Shown piece by piece: positions 52,434 through 61,461 of a stretch of 64,000 nt of DNA. The notes beneath the pieces were generated by a model. It saw only the letters and a program-made list of their open reading frames with translations, had not been told where the DNA came from and made no database searches. A program made the position numbers and the translations under genes. Source of the stretch: Actinomycetota bacterium. GTDB lineage: Bacteria > Actinomycetota > Thermoleophilia > Solirubrobacterales > 70-9. The stretch is taken from NCBI GenBank assembly GCA_038040365.1, contig JBBPIL010000007.1:7550-71549 (forward strand), written 5' to 3'. Each line of letters opens with the position of its first letter. The first letter of the stretch is position 1.

Positions 52434-53855
52434 ATGCCCGAGCAGCCGGACTCCCCGACCCCGCCCGAGCAGCGCCCCCTCCCCGCCCACCGCCGCGCCC
52501 ACCAGACGGCGCACGACCTGGAGCGCTACGCGGACCTGTTCGCCCAGCGCACCCGGGTCATGCGTTCCTCGGCGATGCGCGACCTGATGGCGATCACAGC
52601 GCGGCCCGAGGTGATCTCGCTCGCTGGCGGCCAGGCCGACACCTCGACCTTCCCGCCCGAGACCTTCGCCGCGCAGATGACCCGGATCGCCCAGGAGTCG
52701 TCGGCGGAGGCGCTCCAGTACGGGCCCACCGAGGGCTTCGCGGCGATGAAGGTGGCGATCCGCGGCGTGATGGCCGCCGAGGGGATGGCGCCGGATCCGG
52801 AGGACGTGATTGTCACCACCGGCGGCCAGCAGGCGATCGACCTGATCACCAAGACCCTCGTCGACCCCGGTGACCCAGTGATCTGCGAGGCGCCCACCTA
52901 CCCCGGCGCCGTCCCCGTGTTCAGCTCCTACCAGGCCGAGACTCACCAGATCGAGATCGACAACGAGGGGATGAAGGTCGACCAGCTCGAGGCCCTGCTC
53001 GACCGCCTCGCGAGCGATGGGCGCCGGCCGAAGTTCATCTACTCGGTGCCGACCTTCCAGAACCCGGCCGGGGTCAGCCTCTCCGTGGAGCGCCGCCACC
53101 GCTTGGTCGCGCTGGCGCGCGAGCGCGAGGTCCTGGTGGTCGAGGACAACCCCTACGGCCTGCTGCGCTACGAGGGCGAGCCCCAGCCGGCGCTGTACCT
53201 CCTCGACGGCGGCGACTACGTGATCTACATCGGCACGCTGTCGAAGATCCTCTCGCCCGGGATCCGCCTCGGCTGGGCGGTGGCGCCGCCACCCGTGATG
53301 GAGAAGATGGCGCTCGGGAAGCAGGCGACCGACCTCTGCACCTCGACCCTCGCCCAGTACTTCGCGCTCGAGTATTTCGCCGAGGGCCGCTGGCGCGACT
53401 ACGTCGACGACCTCTGCGACATCTACCGCTCGCGGCGCGACGCGATGCTCGAGGCACTCGAGCGACACTTCCCCGAGCAGGCGACCTGGACCCGGCCGGA
53501 GGGCGGGATGTTCGTCTGGGCCACCCTGCCCTCCTACATCGACACCTCCGACCTGCTCGCCAAGGCGCTGCGCGAGAACGTCGCCTTCGTCCCCGGAGCC
53601 GCTGCCTACGTCGACGGGCAGCGGGGGACGAGCTCGATGCGGCTCAACTTCTCCGGCTTCGACGAGGGACAGATTCGCGAGGGGATCCGCCGGATCGGCA
53701 AGGTGGTGAGCGAGCAGGTGGCGCTGTACGAGACGATCACCGGCGAGCACCAGTTGCCGGCCGGGTCCGCTGAACGGCCGGAGCCCGACACCGAGGAGCT
53801 CGCGCAGGAGCGAGGGCACGTGGTCCCGTTGCGCCGGCGCCGCGAGGAGACCTAG
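52434..53855 (+). CDS. PLP-dependent aminotransferase, class I/II (2-aminoadipate/MocR-type catalytic domain)
   Basis: TFQNPAGVSLS. GTLSKILSPGIRLGW. The start is ATG at 52434 or TTG at 52425. Confidence 0.85.
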   Translation: MPEQPDSPTPPEQRPLPAHRRAHQTAHDLERYADLFAQRTRVMRSSAMRDLMAITARPEVISLAGGQADTSTFPPETFAAQMTRIAQESSAEALQYGPTEGFAAMKVAIRGVMAAEGMAPDPEDVIVTTGGQQAIDLITKTLVDPGDPVICEAPTYPGAVPVFSSYQAETHQIEIDNEGMKVDQLEALLDRLASDGRRPKFIYSVPTFQNPAGVSLSVERRHRLVALAREREVLVVEDNPYGLLRYEGEPQPALYLLDGGDYVIYIGTLSKILSPGIRLGWAVAPPPVMEKMALGKQATDLCTSTLAQYFALEYFAEGRWRDYVDDLCDIYRSRRDAMLEALERHFPEQATWTRPEGGMFVWATLPSYIDTSDLLAKALRENVAFVPGAAAYVDGQRGTSSMRLNFSGFDEGQIREGIRRIGKVVSEQVALYETITGEHQLPAGSAERPEPDTEELAQERGHVVPLRRRREET

Positions 53856-53863
53856 CTCGGTCG

Positions 53864-54814
53864 ATGAAGGTCGCGGTGCTGAAGGGAGGCAGGTCGCTGG
53901 AGCGCCAGGTCTCGCTGCGCTCCGCGGCGCGGGTCGAGGACGCGCTCGCGTCACTGGGCCACCAGGTGGTGCCGCTCGACGCCGGTGCCGACCTGGTGCG
54001 GCGGCTGAAGGAGGAGGAGCCCGAGGTCGCCTTCATCGCCCTGCACGGCCCCGGCGGCGAGGACGGCACCCCGCAGGAGCTGCTCGAGATCCTCGGCATC
54101 CCCTACACGGGCCCGGGGGTGGCCGCCTGCATCCGCTGCATGGACAAGGTGCTGACCAAGCACCTGCTGCGTGCGGCCGGGATCCCGACGCCCGACTGGG
54201 TCGCCTTCAACTCCACCGCATTCCGAGAGCTGGGCGCCGCGGATGCGCTGGAAGAGATCGAGGCGAGGCTCGGCTTCCCCCTGGTGATCAAGCCGGGGGC
54301 GCAGGGGTCGGCGCTCGGGGTCCGGTTCGCGGCCTCGCGCGGCGACGTCCCCGAGGCGCTGGTGGCCGCGTTCAGCTACGACGACCGGGTGCTGCTCGAG
54401 GCCCACGTCTCCGGACGAGAGCTGGCGGTCTCGCTGCTGGACGGTGAGCCGCTGCCCGTAGTCGAGGTGCGCCCCAAGGAAGAGGACCAGTTCAACTACG
54501 AGGCGCGCTATGAGATCGGCCGCACCGAGTACGTCTGCCCAGCCGAGCTTGCCGCCGCGGAGACCGCCGAGGTGCAAGAAGTGGCGACGCGCGCCTACGA
54601 GGCGCTCGGCTGCACGGGCTTCGCCCGCGTCGACCTGATGCTCGACGCTGACTCCACCCCCCAGGTGCTGGAGGCGAACGCCATTCCCGGCCTCACCGAC
54701 ACCTCGCTGCTCCCCATGGCGGCCGACGCCGCCGCGATCCGCTTCGAGGACCTCGTGGCGCGGATCGTGGACCTGGCCGTGGCCCGGTCGGCGCTAGCGA
54801 CGAAGTCGCGGTAG
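53864..54814 (+). CDS. ddl: D-alanine--D-alanine ligase
   Basis: MKVAVLKGGRSLERQVSL.., ALHGPGGEDGTPQELLE. ATP-grasp fold. Confidence 0.95.
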   Translation: MKVAVLKGGRSLERQVSLRSAARVEDALASLGHQVVPLDAGADLVRRLKEEEPEVAFIALHGPGGEDGTPQELLEILGIPYTGPGVAACIRCMDKVLTKHLLRAAGIPTPDWVAFNSTAFRELGAADALEEIEARLGFPLVIKPGAQGSALGVRFAASRGDVPEALVAAFSYDDRVLLEAHVSGRELAVSLLDGEPLPVVEVRPKEEDQFNYEARYEIGRTEYVCPAELAAAETAEVQEVATRAYEALGCTGFARVDLMLDADSTPQVLEANAIPGLTDTSLLPMAADAAAIRFEDLVARIVDLAVARSALATKSR

Positions 54815-54846
54815 CTGCTGCTGAGCCTGCCGCCCCGCCGCCCTGC

Positions 54847-55338
54847 TCACTCCTCGCCCTTGGCGAAGTCCTCGGGCGTCACCTGGTCGAGGAAATCCTT
54901 GAACTTCTCGACCACCTCCTCGGTGTCCTCGACCTCGTGCTCGAACTCGATCGAGGATTCGTCGATCACGTCGTCGGCGGCGAAGATCGGCGCCTGGGTC
55001 CGCACTGCCAGCGCGATCGCGTCCGAGGGGCGGGAGTCGATCTCGAGCTCGGAGCCGTTCATGGAGATCGTGATCGAGGCGTAGAAGGTGTTGTCACGAA
55101 GCTCGGTCACCGCGACCCGCTCGCACTTTGCGTCCACCTGCTCCAGCAAGTCCGAAAGCAGGTCGTGGGTCATCGGTCGCGGGGTCGAGGCGCCCTGAAG
55201 CTTCATCAGGATCGCCGCCGCCTCGGGGTGGCCGATCCAGATCGGCAGGAACCGATTCCCGTCCACGGTCTTCAAGAGAACAATCGGCTGCTTGCCGACC
55301 ATGTCGAAGCTGACGCCGTAAATCTGCATCTGCTGCAA
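54847..55338 (-). CDS. bifunctional nuclease (BFN/DUF151) family protein
   Basis: PIWIGHPEAAAI, RPMTHDLL, DSRPSDAIALA. The start is TTG at 55338 (GGGAG 7 nt upstream) or ATG at 55329. Confidence 0.8.
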   Translation of the reverse strand: MQQMQIYGVSFDMVGKQPIVLLKTVDGNRFLPIWIGHPEAAAILMKLQGASTPRPMTHDLLSDLLEQVDAKCERVAVTELRDNTFYASITISMNGSELEIDSRPSDAIALAVRTQAPIFAADDVIDESSIEFEHEVEDTEEVVEKFKDFLDQVTPEDFAKGEE

Positions 55339-55471
55339 GGTGATCTCCCGGCCGCGCGTGGCCTGCGAGCCATTATACGAGCGGGTCGGCGCCCTGACCG
55401 GGGCGCTGGCGCCACACTCAGGGGGCCGGTCTGGGACACCAGCGTCGGAATGAAACGGCCATAATCGGCCC

Positions 55472-55909
55472 GTGTCCGAGGCTCGCCAGCAGGCCTTCAT
55501 CGAGGCCCCAATCGACGTGGTCTGGGAGCTGCTCGAGGATGTCGACCGGCATCCTGAGTGGTGGCCGCGGGTCGTCGAGGTGAAGTGCGAGGGCCTCGAG
55601 GCCGGTTGCACCTACCGCGAGGTGGTCCGGGGTCCGGTGGGTAAGGAAGACATGCTGCTCCGAGTGGATCGGATGGAGGACTGCAAGGAGCTCCTGATCC
55701 GCTGCGTGAACACCGGCACCTTCGTCCACTGGCTGCTCACGGAGGCGCAGGAGGGGACCTTCGTCGACGCCAGGTTCGGCATGGACCCGGGCAAGATCCA
55801 GTACCGGATCTTCGACCTGGTCGCGGGCAAGCGCTACTTCCGCAGCTGGCTCCTGCAGTCGCTCGACGCCATGCAAGAGGCCGCGCGCGAGCGAGCCGCC
55901 CACGTGTAG
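55472..55909 (+). CDS. SRPBCC (polyketide cyclase/START-like) family protein
   Basis: FIEAPIDVVWELLEDVDRHPEWWP. The GTG start lies 6 nt after CATAAT. Confidence 0.75.
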   Translation: MSEARQQAFIEAPIDVVWELLEDVDRHPEWWPRVVEVKCEGLEAGCTYREVVRGPVGKEDMLLRVDRMEDCKELLIRCVNTGTFVHWLLTEAQEGTFVDARFGMDPGKIQYRIFDLVAGKRYFRSWLLQSLDAMQEAARERAAHV

Positions 55910-56159
55910 CGGTGCCCGGCTCGAAGGACAAGCGCGGCGCCGACCTCTTCGTCCCGCGCGAAGTCGTCACGCAGCCCTTCTGGCTCACTCAGCCCGAGTT
56001 TCACCTAAGCTGGCGGTTGCGGTGCCTACCGATCAGGTATGGGCAGGATGGCCAGAGGTTTCGGGGAGCTCGAGGGATGACGAATTCAGCGGGGGCTGCT
56101 CCAGCCCGTCGGCGTGAGAACCGACGTATGCGAAGCGGCCCTGCGCAGGGGACTCCGCA

Positions 56160-56567
56160 GTGATTGCGAACCGCGCATCACCTCGGCTAGTGCTCGCAGT
56201 GGCCGTACTTCTGGCTCAATGCGTCGTTGCCTTCTGGCAGCATCTGGGTGACACCCGCTATTTCACGTGGGCACCGAACGATTATCTGGTCAGCTACGGC
56301 TTGCAGGTCACGGTGGATGGCCGGCGACTGACCCGGGAGGAGATCAGTCACCGCTACCACCTCCCTTTCAGGGAGACGCTCGACCGCGATGATAAGGAGG
56401 AGCTGGGCCTCAACATGCGGGAGCGTCACGTCCATGAGGACCCTCCCCAGAGTCTCCTAGACCGCATTACCCGGTATGAGACGGGCGGCTTCGGGAGCCC
56501 TGCTAGGGTCAGGCTGATCTACCAGCTCAATGGCGGTGAGGAACACCGTTGGCGGTGGCCTAAATGA
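56160..56567 (+). CDS. small single-pass membrane protein (possible SdpA/DUF5819-like partner of the next gene)
   Basis: GTG start. TM helix LVLAVAVLLAQCVVAFW followed by a soluble domain of about 105 aa. ATGA overlap with the next gene. Lower-GC codon usage. Confidence 0.5.
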   Translation: MIANRASPRLVLAVAVLLAQCVVAFWQHLGDTRYFTWAPNDYLVSYGLQVTVDGRRLTREEISHRYHLPFRETLDRDDKEELGLNMRERHVHEDPPQSLLDRITRYETGGFGSPARVRLIYQLNGGEEHRWRWPK

Positions 56568-57655
56568 GGGGGGCCGAGCCGACACACCATTCCTTGAATC
56601 CGCTGGCCACCCGAGGAACGCCCCTTCCGCCGAATGTCCTCCTGGCCGCGAAGCTAATCACGTTGGTGTTCTTGCTCCTTGGTAGCTGGCGGCTCACTGC
56701 TCCCTATCTACCGTTCATTGGATTCCTAGATGACCTGTTTTCACCACAGGTCTTCCAGCACACGCTTCAGGCTGTATGGCTGCTTGCTGCGCTGTCGCTA
56801 TTCATGAACCGCTTCGTCCGGCCCTCATGCGCAGTACTCGGAATAGTGATCCTGATCGCAATGCTGTCGTCGCACGCGTACCGTTCGAATAACACAATGT
56901 TTACCGGGCTCCTGCTGTTTCTCATCGGGATGTCGGATCGAGAAACGGCGTCGATGATCATACGATGGCAGCTCGTCGTGCTCTACTTCTGGGCCGGTCT
57001 CAACAAGCTGCTTGACCCGGATTGGAGATCGGGTGCCTTCTTCGAGGTCTGGAACTCGACCCAGGGTTGGGGTGAGCTCTATAGTGGGCTGGCCTCTCTA
57101 TTGCCATCGATGGTGTTTTCCGCGATCCTCAGCTGGGGTGCAATCGTGACAGAGCTGTTCCTGGCAGTGGCATTCGCTATCCGTAGGCTGGTCATCGCCG
57201 GGATACTTCTAGCGGTCGTGTACCACAGCTCGATTCTGTTCCTTACGGGGGACACGTTCACCATGTTCTGGTATGCAGTTCTAGCTGCCTGCATTGCGCT
57301 CCTCGAATGGCCCGCGAACCCGCCGGCGGTCCATTACCGAAGGGACGGCCCGCTTGGCGGAATCACGGTGCTGCTCCACAAACTGGATCTCGCCGGTGCG
57401 TTCACGTGGGAACGGAACGAACGGTCCGGACTACGGATTGTCATCGGAGAACGGGTCTACAACGGTGGTGAGGCTTTGAAGAGGGTCTTGCTCTACAACC
57501 CGATGGTCTACTTCACGTTCTTCACTCTGGTGGCGCTTTCCCCGGCCCCGGGCGGCGGCCGGTGGGCGGCTCTCATCGTATTCGCGACTGTCGGTTACGC
57601 CGTGATCGACCTGGTTAAAGGGAAGTTCTTTGCGCGCTTGGAGGTCGGGACATAA
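56564..57655 (+). CDS. polytopic membrane protein, HTTM/SdpB/LMF-like, with C-terminal cysteine-less DCC(DUF393)-like domain
   Basis: 363 aa with about 8-10 TM helices. VVLYFWAGLNKLLDPDWRSGAFF motif. The C-terminal VHYRRDGPLGGITVLLHKLDLAGAFTW parallels the DCC fold start. This is the lowest-GC part of the window. Confidence 0.55.
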   Translation: MRGAEPTHHSLNPLATRGTPLPPNVLLAAKLITLVFLLLGSWRLTAPYLPFIGFLDDLFSPQVFQHTLQAVWLLAALSLFMNRFVRPSCAVLGIVILIAMLSSHAYRSNNTMFTGLLLFLIGMSDRETASMIIRWQLVVLYFWAGLNKLLDPDWRSGAFFEVWNSTQGWGELYSGLASLLPSMVFSAILSWGAIVTELFLAVAFAIRRLVIAGILLAVVYHSSILFLTGDTFTMFWYAVLAACIALLEWPANPPAVHYRRDGPLGGITVLLHKLDLAGAFTWERNERSGLRIVIGERVYNGGEALKRVLLYNPMVYFTFFTLVALSPAPGGGRWAALIVFATVGYAVIDLVKGKFFARLEVGT

Positions 57656-57684
57656 GAACGTCACAAGCCCGTCTGGCATCTAGA

Positions 57685-58092
57685 GTGCGGCCCCAGACTG
57701 GGTCCCCCCCGGGAGAACGGCACGTGCTGCTCTTCGACCGCCACTGCGGGTTCTGCAAGTGGTCGCTCGACAAGATCCTCGCCTGGGATCGACGCGGCCG
57801 GCTGAGGGCGGAGCCAATCCAAGGCGCCGAGGGTGAGCGCTTGCTTACCCACATGGCTCCCAGTGAGCGGCTCCAGTCTTGGCATCTCGTCACCCCCGCG
57901 GGGGAGGTTATCTCCGGCGGAGCCGCCGCCGAGCCGCTCGCCCGGCTGCTTCCTGGCGGACTGCCGCTCGCCTTTCTGTTCCGCTCCTTTCCGGGGCTCA
58001 CGGATCGCGCCTACCGATGGGTTGCCGGGAACCGCGACCGCCTGGCCGGCCTGCTGCGGATCGACCCCAACTGCGAGCTCCGGAGTCGCTAA
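57685..58092 (+). CDS. DCC1-like thiol-disulfide oxidoreductase (DUF393)
   Basis: VLLFDRHCGFCKWSLDKILAWDRRGRLR matches the DCC pattern (DGxCxxC .. D..g.l.f). Confidence 0.75.
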   Translation: MRPQTGSPPGERHVLLFDRHCGFCKWSLDKILAWDRRGRLRAEPIQGAEGERLLTHMAPSERLQSWHLVTPAGEVISGGAAAEPLARLLPGGLPLAFLFRSFPGLTDRAYRWVAGNRDRLAGLLRIDPNCELRSR

Positions 58093-58113
58093 TGGACCAA
58101 GCCCAGCCCTATG

Positions 58114-58139
58114 GGATGGGCGATCCTGGACTCGAACCA
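58114..58139. repeat. 26-nt perfect direct repeat of the tRNA-Ile 3' end (att-like remnant)
   Basis: GGATGGGCGATCCTGGACTCGAACCA at 58114-58139 is identical to 58191-58216, which is the 3' 23 nt of tRNA-Ile plus 3 flanking nt. Confidence 0.9.
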
Positions 58140-58193
58140 CAGCGAGCCCGGATGGCGAGCGATGGCCCTGGTTCGCGGCCAGGGCGACCTGGA

Positions 58194-58267
58194 TGGGCGA
58201 TCCTGGACTCGAACCAGGGACCTCCTCCTTATCAGAGAGGCGCTCTGACCGACTGAGCTAATCGCCC
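58194..58267 (-). tRNA. tRNA-Ile (anticodon GAT)
   Basis: The minus strand reads GGGCGATTAGCTCAGTCGGTCAGAGCGCCTCTCTGATAAGGAGGAGGTCCCTGGTTCGAGTCCAGGATCGCCCA. Anticodon loop CTGATAA. CCA is not encoded. Confidence 0.9.
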
Positions 58268-58355
58268 CGCGGCGGCTCATTGTAGAAAGCCCGGCTCTCC
58301 TCCCTTGGGCTGGGCGGCCCGACTAGGCTGGCGCGCAGTGCCTCGCCGGCCTGAC

Positions 58356-58955
58356 ATGCCGCCGCTCCAGCGCTCGGCGCTCGTCGACGACCCAATCGAG
58401 CAGTTCCGCAACTGGTACGAGCGCGCCGAGCGGGAGGTGGCGCTCGCCCACGCGATGACCCTGGCGACCGTGGACGCGCATGGGGCACCGGACGCGCGCA
58501 TGGTGCTGCTCAAGGGCTTCGGGCCGGAGGCGTTTCGCTTCTTCACCAACCTGACGTCGGCGAAGGCGAGGCAGCTCGAGACCACGCCGCGGGCGGCGCT
58601 GGTGCTGTATTGGCGCGAGCTCGACCGCCAGGTGCGGGTTCGGGGCCCCGTGGAACGGCTCCCAGAGGCGGCCTCGGACGACTACTTCGCGACCCGCCCC
58701 GGCGACACTCAGATCGGCGCCTGGGCGTCACCCCAGAGCGAGCCGCTGCCCGACCGCGCAACGCTCGACGCCCGGGTGGGCGAGGTGGAGCAACGGTTCT
58801 CGGGCAGCGACATCCCGCGGCCGCCCTTCTGGGGCGGCTACGCGCTCCGCCCTGACCAGATCGAGTTCTGGCAGGGCCAGGCCGCTCGCCTCCACGACCG
58901 CTTCCTCTACACGCGCGAGGCCGACGGCTGGCGGGTCGAGCGGCTGGCCCCGTAG
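58356..58955 (+). CDS. pdxH: pyridoxamine 5'-phosphate oxidase
   Basis: ATG at 58356. MTLATVDAHGAPDARMVLLKG. IEFWQGQAARLHDRF. Confidence 0.9.
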   Translation: MPPLQRSALVDDPIEQFRNWYERAEREVALAHAMTLATVDAHGAPDARMVLLKGFGPEAFRFFTNLTSAKARQLETTPRAALVLYWRELDRQVRVRGPVERLPEAASDDYFATRPGDTQIGAWASPQSEPLPDRATLDARVGEVEQRFSGSDIPRPPFWGGYALRPDQIEFWQGQAARLHDRFLYTREADGWRVERLAP

Positions 58956-58986
58956 CGGCCGCTCGGGGGGACCTGGGTGAGGTTAT

Positions 58987-59016
58987 GCACGACATGGGTG
59001 CATAAGGTCATCCACG
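58987..59016. repeat. repeat family 1, copy B
   Basis: GCACGACATGGGTGCATAAGGTCATCCACG. It contains the hairpin TTATGCAC-gacatgg-GTGCATAA (58983-59005). Confidence 0.85.
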
Positions 59017-59047
59017 TCCGGTCTGGGGGGTCAGCCAAGGCGCTCGG

Positions 59048-59888
59048 TCAGCCGGCGGAGCCGCGCTCGCGGGCGAAGGCCAAGAGCTCGTCCAGGTCGT
59101 CGAATTGGAGCTCGGCGCGGATGCCGCGGCGGGCGGGGCGGACCCGGACGCCGGTGCCGAGCGCCGACTCGAGCGCCTCCTCGGCGCGGACCAGCGCGGC
59201 CTCCTGATCGGGGTGGGGGACGACCTTGAAGCCCTTCGGAGCGTTGGCCTCTTTCGCCCTACGCTCCGTCTCGCGAACCGACCAATCGCGCCTCGCGGCC
59301 TCGCGGGCGAGCGCGCGGCGGGTTTCGTTGTCCGGCGCCTGGAGGATCGCCCGACCGTGACCCTCGCTGAGCTCGCCCGAGACGAGCAGGTCGAGCGCCT
59401 CGTCGGGAAGTTCGAGGAGGCGGATCAGGTTGGAGATCGAGGGCCGGCTTCGGCCGAGCCTCCGCGCCAGCTCCTTCTTCCTGAGCCCCAGGTCCTCGAT
59501 CAGCGCCGCGCAGGCGCGCGCCTCGTCCACGGGGTTGAGGTCCTCGCGCGCCATGTTCTCGATCAGCGCCGTCTGAAGGCGCTCGGCCTCGGCCTCGTCG
59601 CGGACGATCGCGGGCACCGTCTGAAGGCCGGCCTCTCGCGCTGCCCGCCAGCGGCGCTCGCCGGCGATCAGCTCGTAGCGACCGTCGCGAAGAGGGCGCA
59701 CGATCAGCGGCTGAACGACGCCGGCGTCGGCGAGCGACGCCGCCAAGGTCTTGATCGAGTCGGAACCGAACTGCGTCCGCGGCTGACGCGGGTTCCGGCG
59801 GATCAGCTCCACCGGCAGCTCCCGAAGCTCCGGCTCCTCCACGGCCGTCTCGGGCAGGATCGCCGCCAGGCCGCGGCCCATCCCCGGC

Positions 59889-59896
<8 letters not shown>
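59048..59896 (-). CDS. parB: chromosome partitioning protein ParB
   Basis: ATG at 59896 (MTKPGMGRGLAAIL). LIAGERRWRAA. The HTH region is present. 8-nt overlap with the parA stop. Confidence 0.9.
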
Positions 59897-60716
<820 letters not shown>

Positions 60717-60753
60717 TCGGTGCGACCTTACCCACGGCCTCCGACGGGAGCCG

Positions 60754-61461
60754 TCAGCGACCACCCACGGGCCGTTTCTTGGCCATCCCGGGGCGGCGGG
60801 GAAGGTCGTCGGGGGTCGGCCCGGTCTTGTGCATCACATGCAGGTGGCGATGTCGGGAGCCCGCGTATGGACCCACCCATCTGATCTCCGCCGGCTCCAT
60901 CGCCAGGCGCGCCGAAGCCCGTTGCAGCTCCCCCTCCTCGTCCGCGTCCCGGCGGCCCTTCCAGGCGATGAGAGCGCCTCCCTCGACCAAGAGCGGCGAC
61001 GCCAACTCGGCCAGCGTCGAGAGGCGTCCGACCGCACGGGCGGTGACGGCGTCGTAGCCCTCGCGCCCGCCGTCGGGCGGGGGGTCGGCGGCCCAGCTCT
61101 CGGAGCGCTCGCAGACGACCCGGGCGTTGCCGATCCCCGCTCGCTCGATCGCCTGGCGGATGAACTCGCACTTGCGTCCGGTCGACTCGATCAGGTCGAC
61201 GTGGCCATCGGGCAGCGCGACCGCGAGCGGCAGACCTGGAAAGCCGGCGCCCGCCCCCAGGTCGGCGATCCGCCGCGCGACCCGCAGCGCCTCGACCTCG
61301 AGGCCGGTCAGCGAGTCGGCGACGTGGACGCGCCATGCCTGCGCCGGGTCGCGTACGGCGCTCGGCGCCGCCCGCTCTTCGGCGAGCAGGTCGAGGATGG
61401 TGCGCATCGCCTCGCGCGCCTGGTCGGACAGCTGGACCGCGTCGTCGGACTCGGCGCTCAA
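60754..61461 (-). CDS. rsmG: 16S rRNA (guanine527-N7)-methyltransferase
   Basis: SAM motif IADLGAGAGFPGLPLAV. The TTG start overlaps the jag stop (TTGA). Confidence 0.9.
   Translation of the reverse strand: MSAESDDAVQLSDQAREAMRTILDLLAEERAAPSAVRDPAQAWRVHVADSLTGLEVEALRVARRIADLGAGAGFPGLPLAVALPDGHVDLIESTGRKCEFIRQAIERAGIGNARVVCERSESWAADPPPDGGREGYDAVTARAVGRLSTLAELASPLLVEGGALIAWKGRRDADEEGELQRASARLAMEPAEIRWVGPYAGSRHRHLHVMHKTGPTPDDLPRRPGMAKKRPVGGR

Noticed and set aside
55912-56163. 83-aa ORF at the left edge of the islet, considered as a possible toxin or peptide precursor for the HTTM-like module.
   Set aside because: It is Arg-rich and low-complexity. It has no signal or leader peptide, no Cys or Gly patterning and no ribosome-binding site.
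55910-58267. Calling the islet a mobile element or genomic island outright.
   Set aside because: There is no integrase, transposase or excisionase. Only the near-side tRNA repeat was found, with no matching far-side repeat near 55.9-56.2 kb. I therefore report it as a finding and did not annotate it as a mobile_element.
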